From assembly GCA_951406725.2 (NCBI GenBank), contig OX597825.1, positions 21,266,001 through 21,330,000 of the forward strand: DNA of 64,000 nt, written 5' to 3'. The number at the start of each line of letters is the position of its first letter. Position 1 is the stretch's first letter. Positions 1 to 13,900 of this stretch are shown piece after piece. A program made the translations under genes and the position numbers. This DNA is from Octopus vulgaris (Eukaryota). Below the pieces are notes generated by a model. It was not told the DNA's origin. It saw nothing but the letters and a program-made list of their open reading frames with translations, and ran no database searches.

Positions 1-603
1 TGTGTTATAAATGAGATTATATTTCAAAAATTGTTTCATGTGTGACCATTTAGTTTGGTTTTCAGATGTTGGACCTTGAATTACATTATCAAAAGTATCT
101 TTTCCTTATGTAAGACAACAGGGTGTAATACGAGGAAGATTTACGTACTGTTTCTAGTAGGTCGAGCGATCGCTTAAAAGTATCACCTTCAGCTCGTGAA
201 GTTCTCCATTGGTTGAAGAATGGTGGTGGTGTTGTTGGTGTTAGTATGGTTACTATTTCTGATATTATTCTCAATCGAACGCATATATGCAATCATCTTT
301 GTATTGATATGTTGCTCCGAATTTCATCTGACAGTCTTGACTCACCCTCAAATAGGGATGGTCGGCAGAACTGACACCTCTCGTTGGTTATTTTTATCAG
401 CGTAGCTCGCCATCATTTTGTGCTTTCAAAACTTGTCATGCGAACAGGATGGTTGTCGGCAGGGCAGGTGGTTGATTTGCGTGCTTACCTGTAATTTAGT
501 TTAAATTCTTTGTTGAGTTTAGCATGTTAGAACTTCTCATCTCAATATTCAAAAATTATTTCGAGCGACGGACACTACTTATTACAGGCATTGCCTTATA
601 TCT

Positions 604-660
<57 letters not shown>

Positions 661-661
<1 letters not shown>

Positions 662-724
662 ACCTGATGAATGACTGTAACTCGAAAATTTAAAGAAATT
701 AACAGCCATGAAACGATCGTAGTG
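661..724 (+). ncRNA. Minimal type-I hammerhead ribozyme motif (Penelope-like terminal repeat)
   Basis: cac-CTGATGA(664-670)-stem II atgactgt/acagccat-GAAAC(710-714)-GATC-GTA(719-721)-gtg. Stem III plus loop form the palindrome ACGATCGT, typical of PLE minimal hammerheads. Downstream 780-848 recurs in reverse at ~23230-23300. Confidence 0.7.
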
Positions 725-1159
725 TTATATTAATTATATTTTTTAATAATTTTGTTATATATTTAAATAATATAAATTAAATAATCTTATGTATTGGCTT
801 AAGTTTTTCATTGTATGATTTGCCTAATAGTGGTTTTATCTCTAATTTAATATAATATATATAAATATATATCTTGATAGTAATGTTAAGACAACAAAAG
901 AATGAAAGAGGCCTCGATATTATGTAAATAGAGGAATGTATCTGTAAATGTAATATGTAACAATTATTCGGTAGCCATGATAAAACTCCGAGCATTTTTT
1001 CCAATGGCCGGATAACTGAAGAGATGGTGGCGTAGATTTCCACCTGGCACCGGAATGTCAGAGTTTTATCATGGCTACCGAATAATTGTCATATATTACA
1101 TTTACACCCTCCTAACCCCCCTCCCACACATATATATATATTTGTATATACTTACATGT

Positions 1160-1362
1160 GTGCGTGTGTTTGTGCCTGTGTTTGTCCACTACCACCGCTT
1201 GAAACCGGTGTTGGTTTGTTTATGTCCCCGCAGCCTAGCGGTTAAGTACCGGGCTTCAATAAACGTATTGGAGTCGATTCATTCGACTAAAAATTCTTGA
1301 AGGTGGTGTCCCAGTATGGCCGCAGTTTAATGACTGAAGCAAATAAAAAAAAAGAAAAGATA
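1160..1362 (+). mobile_element. SINE family A, internally deleted 3' half
   Basis: Matches the 3' half of the full copies (ccggtgttgg...tatggccgcagtttaatgactgaagcaa). Confidence 0.65.
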
Positions 1363-1969
1363 AAATCCTCTCAACTCCCGTCTTATCCATTCGGGATATC
1401 AAAATCACGGGAATTGAAGACTAATGGACTGGGTTCAAATTCCGCTGAATTCGAGTTTCTGTTTGGTCCCTGTGAGATCGTTGATAGTTTAGGTATTAAT
1501 TACATACTGAGCTTTATTCATCTTACGCTAACTAGCCCTTACGGTATCACTGCCTTTCCGCCGCTGTGAACACGGGTGCAGCCTCGGATACGTTACCGCC
1601 TGAATAGGCGTCATCAGTACATCAGTTTTTCTAACGTGTCTGCCGCATGCAAAATACTATTACGCCGCACGTACGACCTCCTACTACCATCAACAGACTC
1701 CAACAGTCTGTGTTCGTAGTTCAGAAGACCGTAGGCGAGCTCAGCGAACCACCTTGCTTAGAGCGGAAGAAGTAGTATTAACAAAAGCCAGAAGAGTTGA
1801 CAATAATAAACAAGACTGTTGAGTTTTAGCAAAATACAAGAACTTTAATTAAGAGGTGAATAAACATTTATGGAATAAATAGACAGTTCTTTAGAGAGTT
1901 CTTTCATTTATCTTTGGAATGTGTAGACTTCTTTTGGCGAACTCTTCTTTTATTCACCAGCTTAATACT

Positions 1970-2193
1970 CTCTTTACTCTTTTACTCTTTCACTTGTTTC
2001 AGTCATTTGACTGCGGCCATGCTAGAGCACCGCCTTTAGTCGAGAAAATCGATCCCGGGACTTATTCTTTGTAAGCCCAGTACTTATTCTATCGGTCACT
2101 TTTTGCCGAACCGCTAAGTGACGGGGACGTAAACACACCAGCATCGGTTGTCAAGCAATGCTAGGGGGACAAACACAGACACACAAACATACA

Positions 2194-2237
<44 letters not shown>

Positions 2238-2395
2238 TAAGACAGGCTTCTTTCAGTTTCTGTCTACCAAATCCACTCACAGGGCATTGGTCGGCCCGGG
2301 GCTATAGCAGAAGACACTTGCCCAAGATGCCATGCAGTGGGACTGAACCCGGAACCATGTGGTTGGTTAGCAAGCTACTTACCACACAGCCACTT
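1970..2395 (-). mobile_element. SINE family A (tRNA-derived head, CORE-like ccttgggcaagtg block, internal microsatellite), full length
   Basis: Reverse complement of the copy at 20004-20420. Head has A-box TGGCTGTGTGG and B-box-like GGTTCAGTCC; tail is (gtaaaaga)n. Confidence 0.85.
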
Positions 2396-3229
2396 CTTAT
2401 TTTAATCTTTTTTTCTGACTGGACTCTGTTGTTACTCCCGATTCATGTTTGTCCGGTGGCTATTCCACATTATTTATGTCGCCAAGCTCACACAGACTAT
2501 TTTCACAGGAAGTTCAAAACTTTCCCGCTTACAAAGACACCACTGTCCTCATTAACCGACTCGCATTGAACCATAGCATCGAACCGACTTATTTACAGAC
2601 GCCAAGCTTCCCTCGACACCAAGAACTGTGTCAACTGTTTCTCACGAAATTGCCCGACATCGATCACCTCGCATCGACCGCCTCGCATTGACCCACACAA
2701 CGACTGTCTCACACCACATAAAACTCTTCACACCGTAAAAAGCGCGACAAATCATGACGCCTACGCTTTAAACAGTCACGTGACCACAATAAATTATCTT
2801 TTTCTTGCCTGCAAAGCCAGAGGGCAGTGTTTTAATTCGTGTCGTACGAACTAGAAATTATCTGAATATATTTTTTTCCTTCGAAACAATACTTAGAAAT
2901 ATACAATGATTAGAAAGTATTTATGCCCTGGGGGTAATTTGTTTAATTTAAACAAACATAACCAGAAACACAGTCCACGCCTTCCTGATTCCAGACAAAC
3001 TGCATTGTATTTTTAATGAAATATCACTTTCGGAGAATGCGTGATTTTTGTGATTATCTCCCTTCGCAATTGGAGTAAATCATCTTTACCACAAGGTATT
3101 TGATTAAGCTTCTCTCAAAGTGAAGATACGTTCAATAGATTGAGAATTTATTTCGTATGGTATTCGATAAACCTTTATTCGTTTTGATTTTGCCATATTC
3201 ATGTCTCTGACCGGTCTTAGTCCTTTTTC

Positions 3230-3269
<40 letters not shown>

Positions 3270-3486
3270 ACACACACACACACAGACACAAATACATACA
3301 CGTACACACGCACATATACACGTGGGCTATTCGAGGATACATACAGTTATATACATATGAATACTTTACAAAGACAAACATACGCGCACACACGCAAACA
3401 CACTCACTTACGTGCACACACAAGTACATATGTACATAAGTGTATACACGCATATACATACATACATACATACATGCATACATACA

Positions 3487-3544
<58 letters not shown>

Positions 3545-3546
<2 letters not shown>

Positions 3547-3843
3547 CGTGGCCGACCAGGCTATCAGATGTTGCTACACATCGCTGGTCACAATGCGCTT
3601 TACATTGTTTTAGCCTTCAAGTGACGCCACCCCGCTGGCTAAGCGAGCAGGCCAACAGAAGAAAGAGTGGGAGAAAGTTGTGGCGAAAGAGTACAGCAAG
3701 GATCGCCACCACCCCATGCCGGAACCTCGTGGAGCTTTAGGTGTTTTCGCTCAATAAACACTGACAACGCCCGGTCTGGGAATCGAAACCGCGATCCTAA
3801 AACCGCGAGGCCGCTGCCCTAACCACTGGGTCATTGCGCCTCC
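3545..3843 (-). mobile_element. SINE family B (tRNA-derived head ggaggcgcaatg.cccagtggttagggcagcgg)
   Basis: A-box/B-box head (GTTTCGATTCC) shared with copies at 6905, 22808 and 60630. Confidence 0.8.
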
Positions 3844-3871
3844 ACACACACACACACACCTACACACCTAC

Positions 3872-3930
<59 letters not shown>

Positions 3931-4416
3931 CACACGCGCAGTTAAATTCATACAATCTATCAAGGGCAGATATTTGCATCAGTCGAACTGATATAGAGGA
4001 AGGAGCAAAAATACAAGGCGTACATTCGTGTGATCATTTTGCTTTGATAAGTGCCGTTCTTCCGTATCACTTGAATCGACCGACAAATTGTTTGTATACC
4101 TTTGCCGTATTAATGGCTATAACCACTGGTGTGAACCGACTTGAATTGTCGACAATATTCCACTGGCTGGAAGTTCAGCGCCATTTCTAAACTCAGTTGA
4201 ATCGCGTTCGCTATGATTCGTAGTTATCGTCTGATTTTCTTCCTTTTTATAATGTCTGACGAAACATCCATTTTTCTCACCGCTCATGTCTTTTCTACTG
4301 GTATTGATCTCCAAAAATAAAATAAAATTAACGGCTGCAATTTCACCAGCTCAGAAGCATCAGAAAGTCTGCAGGTATAATAAGGTCTGTAATTTACCCT
4401 AGACTCAGCAAGTAGA

Positions 4417-4690
4417 CTAGTGGTTCTCAACTGGGGTCCACATAGCTTCTGAGCGCCCATATAAGATTTTGCAGGGTCCACACAATCCCGAGAAGATTTT
4501 ACTTTAGATTTATGTATATATTGCAAGAAATAGTTAGGTTTCTTTCTCTAACATTTTACATAGTTCAACCTACACAAATTAATGCATGAAAAACAAAATA
4601 GAAATTTTGAAAGAAGCTTCTATAAAATTAGCTTTTAAACATTGAGTGACTATAGGGGTCCGCCAGAATAAAATAGTAATAAAAGGGATC
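4417..4690. mobile_element. hAT-type MITE fragment
   Basis: Starts tagtggttctcaactggggtcc, a hAT-like CAGTGGTTCTCAA terminus. The ggggtccgccagaataaaa block recurs in reverse at ~6860-6904. Confidence 0.45.
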
Positions 4691-4849
4691 AGCCTTGTCA
4701 CACTCTGTGTCACGCTGAATCTCCCCGAGAACTACGTTAAGAGTACACGTGTCTGTGGAGTGCTCAGCCACTTGCAGGTTAATTTCACGAGCAGGCTGTT
4801 CCGTTGATCTAATCAAAAGGAACCTCGTCGTCGTAACCGACTGAGTCCC

Positions 4850-4912
<63 letters not shown>

Positions 4913-5033
4913 CATACATACATACATACACACACACATATGGTAAATGAAAGACAGAAGAGGGAATATTCGTAAATTATATAGAAGATAGATAGATGAT
5001 AGATAGATAGATATATAGATAGATAGATGATAT

Positions 5034-5092
<59 letters not shown>

Positions 5093-5093
<1 letters not shown>

Positions 5094-6110
5094 TTTCTTT
5101 ATTGGATACGCAGATAGATAAGTTTCTTTATTGGCCACGCAGGCTGCACACAGATGGGACAAGTTACAAGGTAGAGCTTTTCTTTTGGGGGATGAAAAAA
5201 AGGGGGTGGCGTAGGTTTTCGATCAAGAGGGATCGTAAAAGGGAAGAAAAGAACAAAAAAAAATGAAAAAAATAAATAGAATAAAAAATAAAAAGAATAA
5301 AAGAAAAAAAAGAAAGGGAAAAGGAACAAAAGAAAAGAGAAATGAAAAAAGAAGAAAAAGGGGAAAAAAAGGGGAAGAGGAAAAAAAAAAAGAACGATCA
5401 ATAGGGATCGTGTATCACAGTGTTATGATATATGGTGTAAGGGGGAAAGCAAGTAAGGTTTATCCGTGGGAAGAAAAGCCTACGAAAAAGACCACGGTAA
5501 CCTTGGTCAATATTGTTATATGCTACCACATTTGTTTGCAAGTGGGTAACCCTCTGTTTTCAATTTCTGGGTTCATAGGATTATGCTCAAGGTGGCTTCG
5601 TCATTCATACGTGCCATCCTTGCTACATTCACCCATCTTTTTTTAAAACATTCGCTAGACAAAACTTGCCTCTCTACTCTCACTTTCCTTTTCAAGTGGT
5701 ACTTGAAGAAGTTGATGAGAGATTGACCAGAGAGGAAAGTGTTTGTCTCCAATCCTTTCAGACGCGTCCACCAGATACATTCTTTCGCCATAGCCACAAG
5801 GATGATGAAAATAGCTCTTCCTTCCCGTTTGAAGGAAGGAGGCGTGACAATATTGACGATAGACTCAGCTGATAAACCGACTCGTCCCACACGTGACAGC
5901 AGTTGTTCGACACAAGCCCACAGGTCGGAAATTGTTGGACACTGCACGAGTGCGTGCAGAACGGTTTCGTCGCTCTGACCGCATCTCGGGCAGGTCGGCC
6001 CCGTGTTTCTCGAGCCGTGTCTGTAGAGCTTATCCCGAACGGGTAGCGCTTCTCGGTAACACTGCCAGGCCAGGGATCTCTGGAAGTTGTCCATGTTAAA
6101 ATCCATGTTA
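5093..6110 (-). mobile_element. Tx1/L1-clade non-LTR retrotransposon, 5'-truncated 3' end (zf-RVT domain plus 3' UTR)
   Basis: Uninterrupted frame 5573-6106 contains FQRSLAWQCYREALPVRDKL...CPRCGQSDETVLHALVQCP, the C-terminal CCHC of L1/Tx1 ORF2. The T-rich 3' UTR ends AATAAAGAAAC and runs into (TATC)n. Confidence 0.85.
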
Positions 6111-6246
6111 TGGCTAACCGCATCGAGTTGTAAGAAGCACCTACCTAGGATTACTTAAAATAAGCAATCCCTATGTATTCCATCCGAACGGTAAATCCTG
6201 GGTGGATTAACTTGATTATAAATATTTTACTGAGTATATACCGAAA

Positions 6247-6625
6247 ACAATTGCAATGAACACGAAGATTAATAATACATCTGCATAGTTTTTATTTTTT
6301 CAATTAATCATACAGCATATTTCATCTAAATGTGTGGAACTTACGTTTCATCTGCACAGCCATCTCGCAGTTATATTTGCATGTAGTTACTTAAGACTAG
6401 TTATTAGATTATGCAACATTAAACAAGGTCCATCCATTGAAGTGGATGAAGTTGCATAGTCTAATAACCAGTGGTAAGTAACTGGGAACAAATGCAATTG
6501 GGAGATTGCTATGCAGCGGAAACGTGCGTCGGACACATTTAAATCAAATATGCTGTTTAATTGACTGCAGAAATAATTTTAAAATATACGCAGACGTACT
6601 TAATCTCTGTATTCATTGGAATTGT
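6247..6625. repeat. Diverged fold-back (palindromic MITE-like) element, ~170-bp arms
   Basis: acaattgcaatgaa...gttattagattatgcaac (6247-6417) is reverse-complementary to gttgcatagtctaataac...ttcattggaattgt (6451-6625). Confidence 0.75.
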
Positions 6626-6904
6626 CGTGTGTGTGTGTGTGTGTGTGCATGTGGAGAAAGAGAGATAGGAAGGGAGAGGAAGAGTAAATTTGTATATTAT
6701 ATAACGATATTTTTATGTAATGCAAAACTCATCTCATATGAAACTCAGTACCATGGGGAAAGTGGCTTGATATATTTATTATATCAAATGTTGACAGTTT
6801 TTGTTGTTGTTGTTGCTATTGTTTCTTTACTTCAGTGTTTCTCAGCCATTTTTTATTGATGGATCCCTTTTATTACTCTTTTATTCTGGCGGACCCCCAT
6901 AGTC

Positions 6905-7087
6905 AGAAACAGGAAGAAAGAGTGAGAGAAAGTTGTAGTGGGAGAGTACAGCATGGTTCACCATCCCCTGCCGGAGCCTCGTGGAGCTTTAGGTGTTTCC
7001 GCTCAATAAACACTCACAATGCCCGGTCTGGGAATCGAAACCGCGATCCTACGACCGCTGCCCTAACCACTGGGCCATTGCACATCC
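6905..7087 (-). mobile_element. SINE family B, 5' part
   Basis: Same head as 3545-3843. Confidence 0.75.
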
Positions 7088-7727
7088 ACCTATATATAAA
7101 TGTGTATGCTTATATGTATATATATATATTGTATTTGTGTACCTATGTTTGCTTGTTTGTGTGTGTGTGCTTTTATCTTTTATATGAACTGTATTAAGTT
7201 ATTTTAAAATTTATTCGTGTTCTCTGCACATTGTTTGGGACAGTAAAGAACCTGAATCCAACCTCATCTTAAAGTTATAGTGTGTCTGTAAGTATTGCTG
7301 TGTGAATATGTAGGCATTACCAATACTTTGTAGGAGACATTTCCAGCGGAATTTGAATTCTTATGTTAGATTCATTCATCATTAGTCAGGTCCACTTGTG
7401 ACTAATGTTTATTATCTGTGTTTATGTTTGCCCTATGCTCAGCCTGATTGCTTCTATCGTTAATCATCTGTTAGCGTATAGAGGAATATAAATTTGTTGT
7501 CCACTATTGTTTTTCATTTTAGATTTTTGTGTTGTTTCATGTTGCGTAGTTCATTGCAGTTGTTCTTTGTTGTAACTGCGTAGTGAGTTGGCGAGAGAGT
7601 GTCATAATTTTATGGCCTATATAACAGTTGGAGTTATGAAGTTTATTACTTTTACTTCTTCAGTGAATATACATGCATATAAACATATACATACATACAT
7701 ACATACAGACAGACAGACAGAGAGACA

Positions 7728-7768
<41 letters not shown>

Positions 7769-8560
7769 GTATGTATGTATGAAATACAAAATCGCACATT
7801 TTTCGTAAATGTTTTTGCAGTTCATTACTGCATCAAACCCGCTTTTATCTGAAACTAATACAATTTGACAGTTCAAAAAAAAAAGGCTATAGTCATGAAT
7901 AGATATCTTTGCCTGCATAGAAAATATATATACAACACTTAAATCATAATGTTTAATTTTGCTGGTTTAAGTCATTAGATAGCGGCCTAGCTGGGGCACT
8001 GTCATGAAGATATTTGAACAATCATATTAACCCCTGTACATATTTTCTTGTTTCGAATCGCTGCGCATAAACACGGTCACTAATATAAGCGTAAGCAGAG
8101 CGCAACTTTTGTTCAAGTCTTGCAACACTTTATCGGATATAACTCTTACGTTGAGCAAGTTTTGGCCACCCTTGATGCATGTACATACATGTATACATAA
8201 ATAATTATATACGTTCATGTATATGTTGGTGTGTATGTGTGTGTGTGCGGTGAAGCTAAGTGCAACAGTATCAATAGGACACACACAGACCTCTAGCACG
8301 GCACATTAGCATAACAGAAGAGCTTGGTGTGTTTATCATCACTCTAAGCCTCGATTCCCAAACACTTTATTCACTGAATGTTAATATTTCTTAGACGGAC
8401 CTGAAATATAATCATCACAATACAATGGCTACTCCTTATGTCTGTATCTGCGTGTGTGTGTGTGTGTGTGTTGCGTGTGTATGTATGCACATGTGTCTGT
8501 ATTCTGTATTTATGTGTGTTTGTGTACACATATGTTCATATATACATGTACATCCTTGAA

Positions 8561-8594
<34 letters not shown>

Positions 8595-9029
8595 CTTACA
8601 TATAAGAGAACAAAGTGTACGTACGTCGCTATATATACACACACACATTATATATTATATGTATATATATATATGCATATATATATATGCATATATATAT
8701 ATATATATATTTGTGTGATTGTTTATATACATGTATGTATATATAATTATATGTATACGCATAAATATATATATATACACACACGCACACACACACATAG
8801 ACACATATGTTATATATATATTTATTTATATTTATATTTATATATGTATCTGGATAATGTCCTCTGACACTACATACAATTACGTGCACACACACACACA
8901 CACACTCACACACACACACACACTCACATACACATACACATGTCCGCTCTGTGCGCATTTACGCCGCCATTTATATACACGGTTCTTTTGATTACTTTCA
9001 TTGAACGGTCATTATCAAAAGGGAAATGG

Positions 9030-9061
9030 CGACGATGATAATGATGATGATGATAATGATG

Positions 9062-9119
<58 letters not shown>

Positions 9120-9174
9120 CAACAATAATAATAAAATTAATAATAATAATAATAATAATAACAATAATAATAAC

Positions 9175-9250
<76 letters not shown>

Positions 9251-9374
9251 TATAGTAACATAATAATATATATAAAAGTAGTCCCCCGGCAACAGTAAAA
9301 AAAGTAAGAAACACATCGTTTCTAACACTAACACTACTATTAGTAATAGAAGCAGTGGTAGTAAAATGAAACGC

Positions 9375-9436
<62 letters not shown>

Positions 9437-9651
9437 TGATGATGATGATAATAATAATAATAATCAGGATAATAATAATAATGATGATGATAATGATGAT
9501 GATGATGATGATGATGATAATAGTAATAATAATAATAATAATAATAACAACAACAATAATAATAATAATAATAATGATGATGATGATGATAATAATAATA
9601 ATAATCATGATAATAATAATAATAATGATGATGATGATAATGATGATGATG

Positions 9652-9708
<57 letters not shown>

Positions 9709-9713
9709 GCAAC

Positions 9714-9758
<45 letters not shown>

Positions 9759-9775
9759 CATGATAATAATAATAG
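9030..9775. repeat. Compound (AAT)n/(GAT)n microsatellite
   Basis: Direct reading. Source of the poly-N/I/L/Y ORFs. Confidence 0.95.
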
Positions 9776-10192
9776 AAGTAGTAAAGTTTTCTTTGCACTT
9801 TAACTGTAGATTTTTTATTTTCATATTTTTTTCTTTTCCCGCCATTAAAAACCGAAAGCCGCGGAGACCATTTCGTTTTTGACACAATCCTTTTTGCCTT
9901 CTATAATGAAACGACTAACATTTCAATACTTGGTTTTTGTTAGCAGTTAATAGGAAAAAAAATATATGAAAGTGTTTTATAATGGATTATCAAGTAGAAG
10001 CTACTAGAGAATGGTCAGTTTAATTATACGGTGGTGGAAAATATATTTTCTATCTTCCTAAAAAAAAAACCCTTCCGGTCAGGTGTAGCCCCATTCTTAT
10101 ATTAAAGGAAAGTGTATAATCTATATGTATATGTTTTCATCTATTATAGATAGATAGATAGATGAAAATATATACATATAAATTATAAAGTC

Positions 10193-10325
<133 letters not shown>

Positions 10326-10345
10326 ACCTAATGTATGTATGCGCG

Positions 10346-10395
<50 letters not shown>

Positions 10396-10890
10396 ACACA
10401 TATATATATGTGTATATATGTTTATATATTTATATATAGATACATATGTATACATACATATAAATAAACACACCCAGAGACATACACACATACACACACA
10501 TATACTGATATATATATAGTAAATATGTGAGCTAGTGAGACGATACAGTATGCGTAAGTCTACATGCACATACATACATGCATACATACACATTCACACA
10601 TATGCACACCCACCCTCACATACGAGTACACGTACTCACATACACACAGATACATATAATGAGAAGAATTTCGATTAAAAATGTAAATTATAATTACACA
10701 ACATTTATTTATCGGAGAAATAATTTAAAAGTTACCTACAAACTTTTTTCTATTAAGGTCCCTCCTTACTCTGACCCTTAGTGTGTCTGTCTGTCTGTCT
10801 GTCTGTCAGTGTGTCAATGTCTTACTCTCCTTGCCCGTTCATCTGTCACATCCTCGTTTTCATTCCGGATGTTCGCATATACTTTAATAT

Positions 10891-10952
<62 letters not shown>

Positions 10953-10962
10953 ACATACATAT

Positions 10963-11032
<70 letters not shown>

Positions 11033-11099
11033 CATGATTATATGCGTATATTTTTACATATACATATGTATTTATACAAGCGTCTATAGATATATAAGT

Positions 11100-11184
<85 letters not shown>

Positions 11185-11383
11185 CAGCAAATACGTATAA
11201 ACTTGCAGAAATATATTTGCATGTATATACCAGTAATTACATATCAGTCAGTCTATAGAACTGTATATATATATATATATATACATTCGTACACACACAC
11301 GCACACATACACACACACATATATATATACCTACAAATAAATGCATCCATAGTTCAAACATGAATACAAATAGAAAAATAATG

Positions 11384-11439
<56 letters not shown>

Positions 11440-11561
11440 CATCACAGCCATTGTTGATAGTCTGTCCATAGCAAACTTCGTTTTATATAAAATGTCGTGA
11501 GTCATATGTATGTATGTATTCATATCTGAGTCTATGTATGTGTGTGTGTGTATAAATATAA

Positions 11562-11606
<45 letters not shown>

Positions 11607-11916
11607 TATATATGCATATACATACGTGCATACATGTGTGTATTTATATGTATGCACAGATATACATACATACATATATATAAGTACATATATATTTATC
11701 TACCGCAGCATCGCAATTCCTGTTGATATATATATATATATGCAAATACATCTCTCCCTCTCTCTGTATATGTATATATATGTGTATGATTATGTATGTA
11801 GATACGTACACAGACACAAACACGTTACATATACAAAGATATGTATATCTGTATATATATGTATATATACATATATATCTATGTAGATATATATTCATAT
11901 ATATATATATACATAT

Positions 11917-12010
<94 letters not shown>

Positions 12011-12470
12011 ATATATATATATGAAATTACATAAATGCAAAAAAAATATATTGGAAATAACTAAAAGGAAAGAACAACGTTTGCTCTACCACCAAACAAA
12101 ACATCAAAAATAACAGGCCATAATGCAATAATTTTAATCAATAGGCAATCAATCAGTGAACAATAAACTGCTTCAATGAAATCAATGAAAATACATTTTT
12201 ATTTCATCTCGCATTAGAGGAAATAGATGATATTTACTATCCTTATCGATTACCGATCCACGCCTATTTCCTAATCAGTCCGTTGGCTGTCAACTGAATA
12301 TGTTTTCACGCGAGTAGTTTTCAGGCTTTTAGCCATCTCATTTCCCTTATTTCTTTTTTGATATCTTTATTGCGCTATTACTTGATGTTTGTCACGGCAT
12401 AGAAAACGGTGAATGGACACATATTCATACTCACAAACCCGTACACACACACACACACACACACGTACGG

Positions 12471-12503
<33 letters not shown>

Positions 12504-12726
12504 ACACGCACAAACAAGTATACGTATCTATATATGCATATATATATCAATTTTCCTAAGTGTATACGTACGTATTGATACTTTTGATATGAATATGTCA
12601 ATGTGTGTTTGTATGCGTAGGCATGTATGTATCTATGTATGAATGTAAGTGTAGATATGTTCATTTATATGTGAATGCATGTGTGTGAGTATGTGTACAA
12701 ACACAGTCAGCCAACACACATATAAA

Positions 12727-12768
<42 letters not shown>

Positions 12769-12841
12769 TTTGTATATATATGAATATATGTATGCATACA
12801 CAGATACATACAAACATGCATACATATACAGACATATATAA

Positions 12842-12894
<53 letters not shown>

Positions 12895-13109
12895 TATATG
12901 TATGCATATATGCGTATATATATATGTATATATATTATATATATATATGCATACATACACATATAAATATATAAACAAGTATATATATATATATGTGTAC
13001 GTTTAAATATATATTTATGTCGATATCATACACTGACGCGCATAGGGCGACTTACACAAACTCTCTGTATACATATATATACACAGATAGAAATGTATAT
13101 ATATGTGTT

Positions 13110-13144
<35 letters not shown>

Positions 13145-13149
13145 GTAAT

Positions 13150-13510
13150 CAGCCAGCAGTTCATAAGACCGGAAAGAAGCACACTCTAAAAGACTCTGGA
13201 GCAGCAATAGTTAATATAATTGTCGTTTATAGCCACTCAGGTAGTTACCTTTGATTTCGCACCTATAAATTTCTGAGCAGTATAGATGACTCGCTGGCAA
13301 GAGGCACATAACCTCTCCACAACTTGATGTAGGCATACATTCTTGGTCTGATCAAGAGCTTTATATGTTCGAAACAAATGGTAACTTCCTGATCGGTCGA
13401 ATATGAATATGGTGATGAGGCGGTTCCGTAAATATACATGTAATACCGAAACATATGTAGCAATTCACTAATAAAAATATAAAACCTCCATCCGTGAAGT
13501 ATTTCTCATT
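13150..13510 (+). mobile_element. Decayed Penelope-like element 3' end with degenerate hammerhead
   Basis: gTGATGA(13412-13418)...GAAAC-ATAT-GTA(13448-13459), followed by AATAAA. Upstream CRL-like residues are reminiscent of the PLE GIY-YIG C-terminus. Confidence 0.4.
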
Positions 13511-13547
13511 ATTAATATATATATATATATTTATATATTTGTATATA

Positions 13548-13806
13548 TTCTTTTACTTGTTTCAGTCATTTGACTGCGGCCATACTGGAGCACCGCCTTT
13601 CGACGAACAAATCGTTCCCAGGACTTATTCACTGTAATCCCGGTATTTTTGCTATAGGTCACTTTTGCTGAACCGCTAAGTTACGGGGACGTAAACACAC
13701 CAACATCTGTTGTCAAGCAATGGTGGTGGGGAAGGAAACTCAGACACACAAATACATACATGCATACATACATACATACATACATACATACATACATACA
13801 TACACA

Positions 13807-13872
<66 letters not shown>

Positions 13873-13900
13873 GCCGAGCTTGTTTTAGTTTCCGTCTACT
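13548..13900 (-). mobile_element. SINE family A, 3' half
   Basis: cttttacttgtttcagtcatttgactgcggcc... matches the family 3' end. Confidence 0.8.

Noticed and set aside
1-600. Complex sequence with short ORFs and a minus-strand CAG|GTAAGC near 490
   Set aside because: No recognisable domain and multiple stops; could be a decayed element cut by the window edge but is unsupported.
4117-4314. 65-aa minus-strand ORF in non-repetitive sequence
   Set aside because: No motif recognised, no convincing splice sites, non-ATG start.
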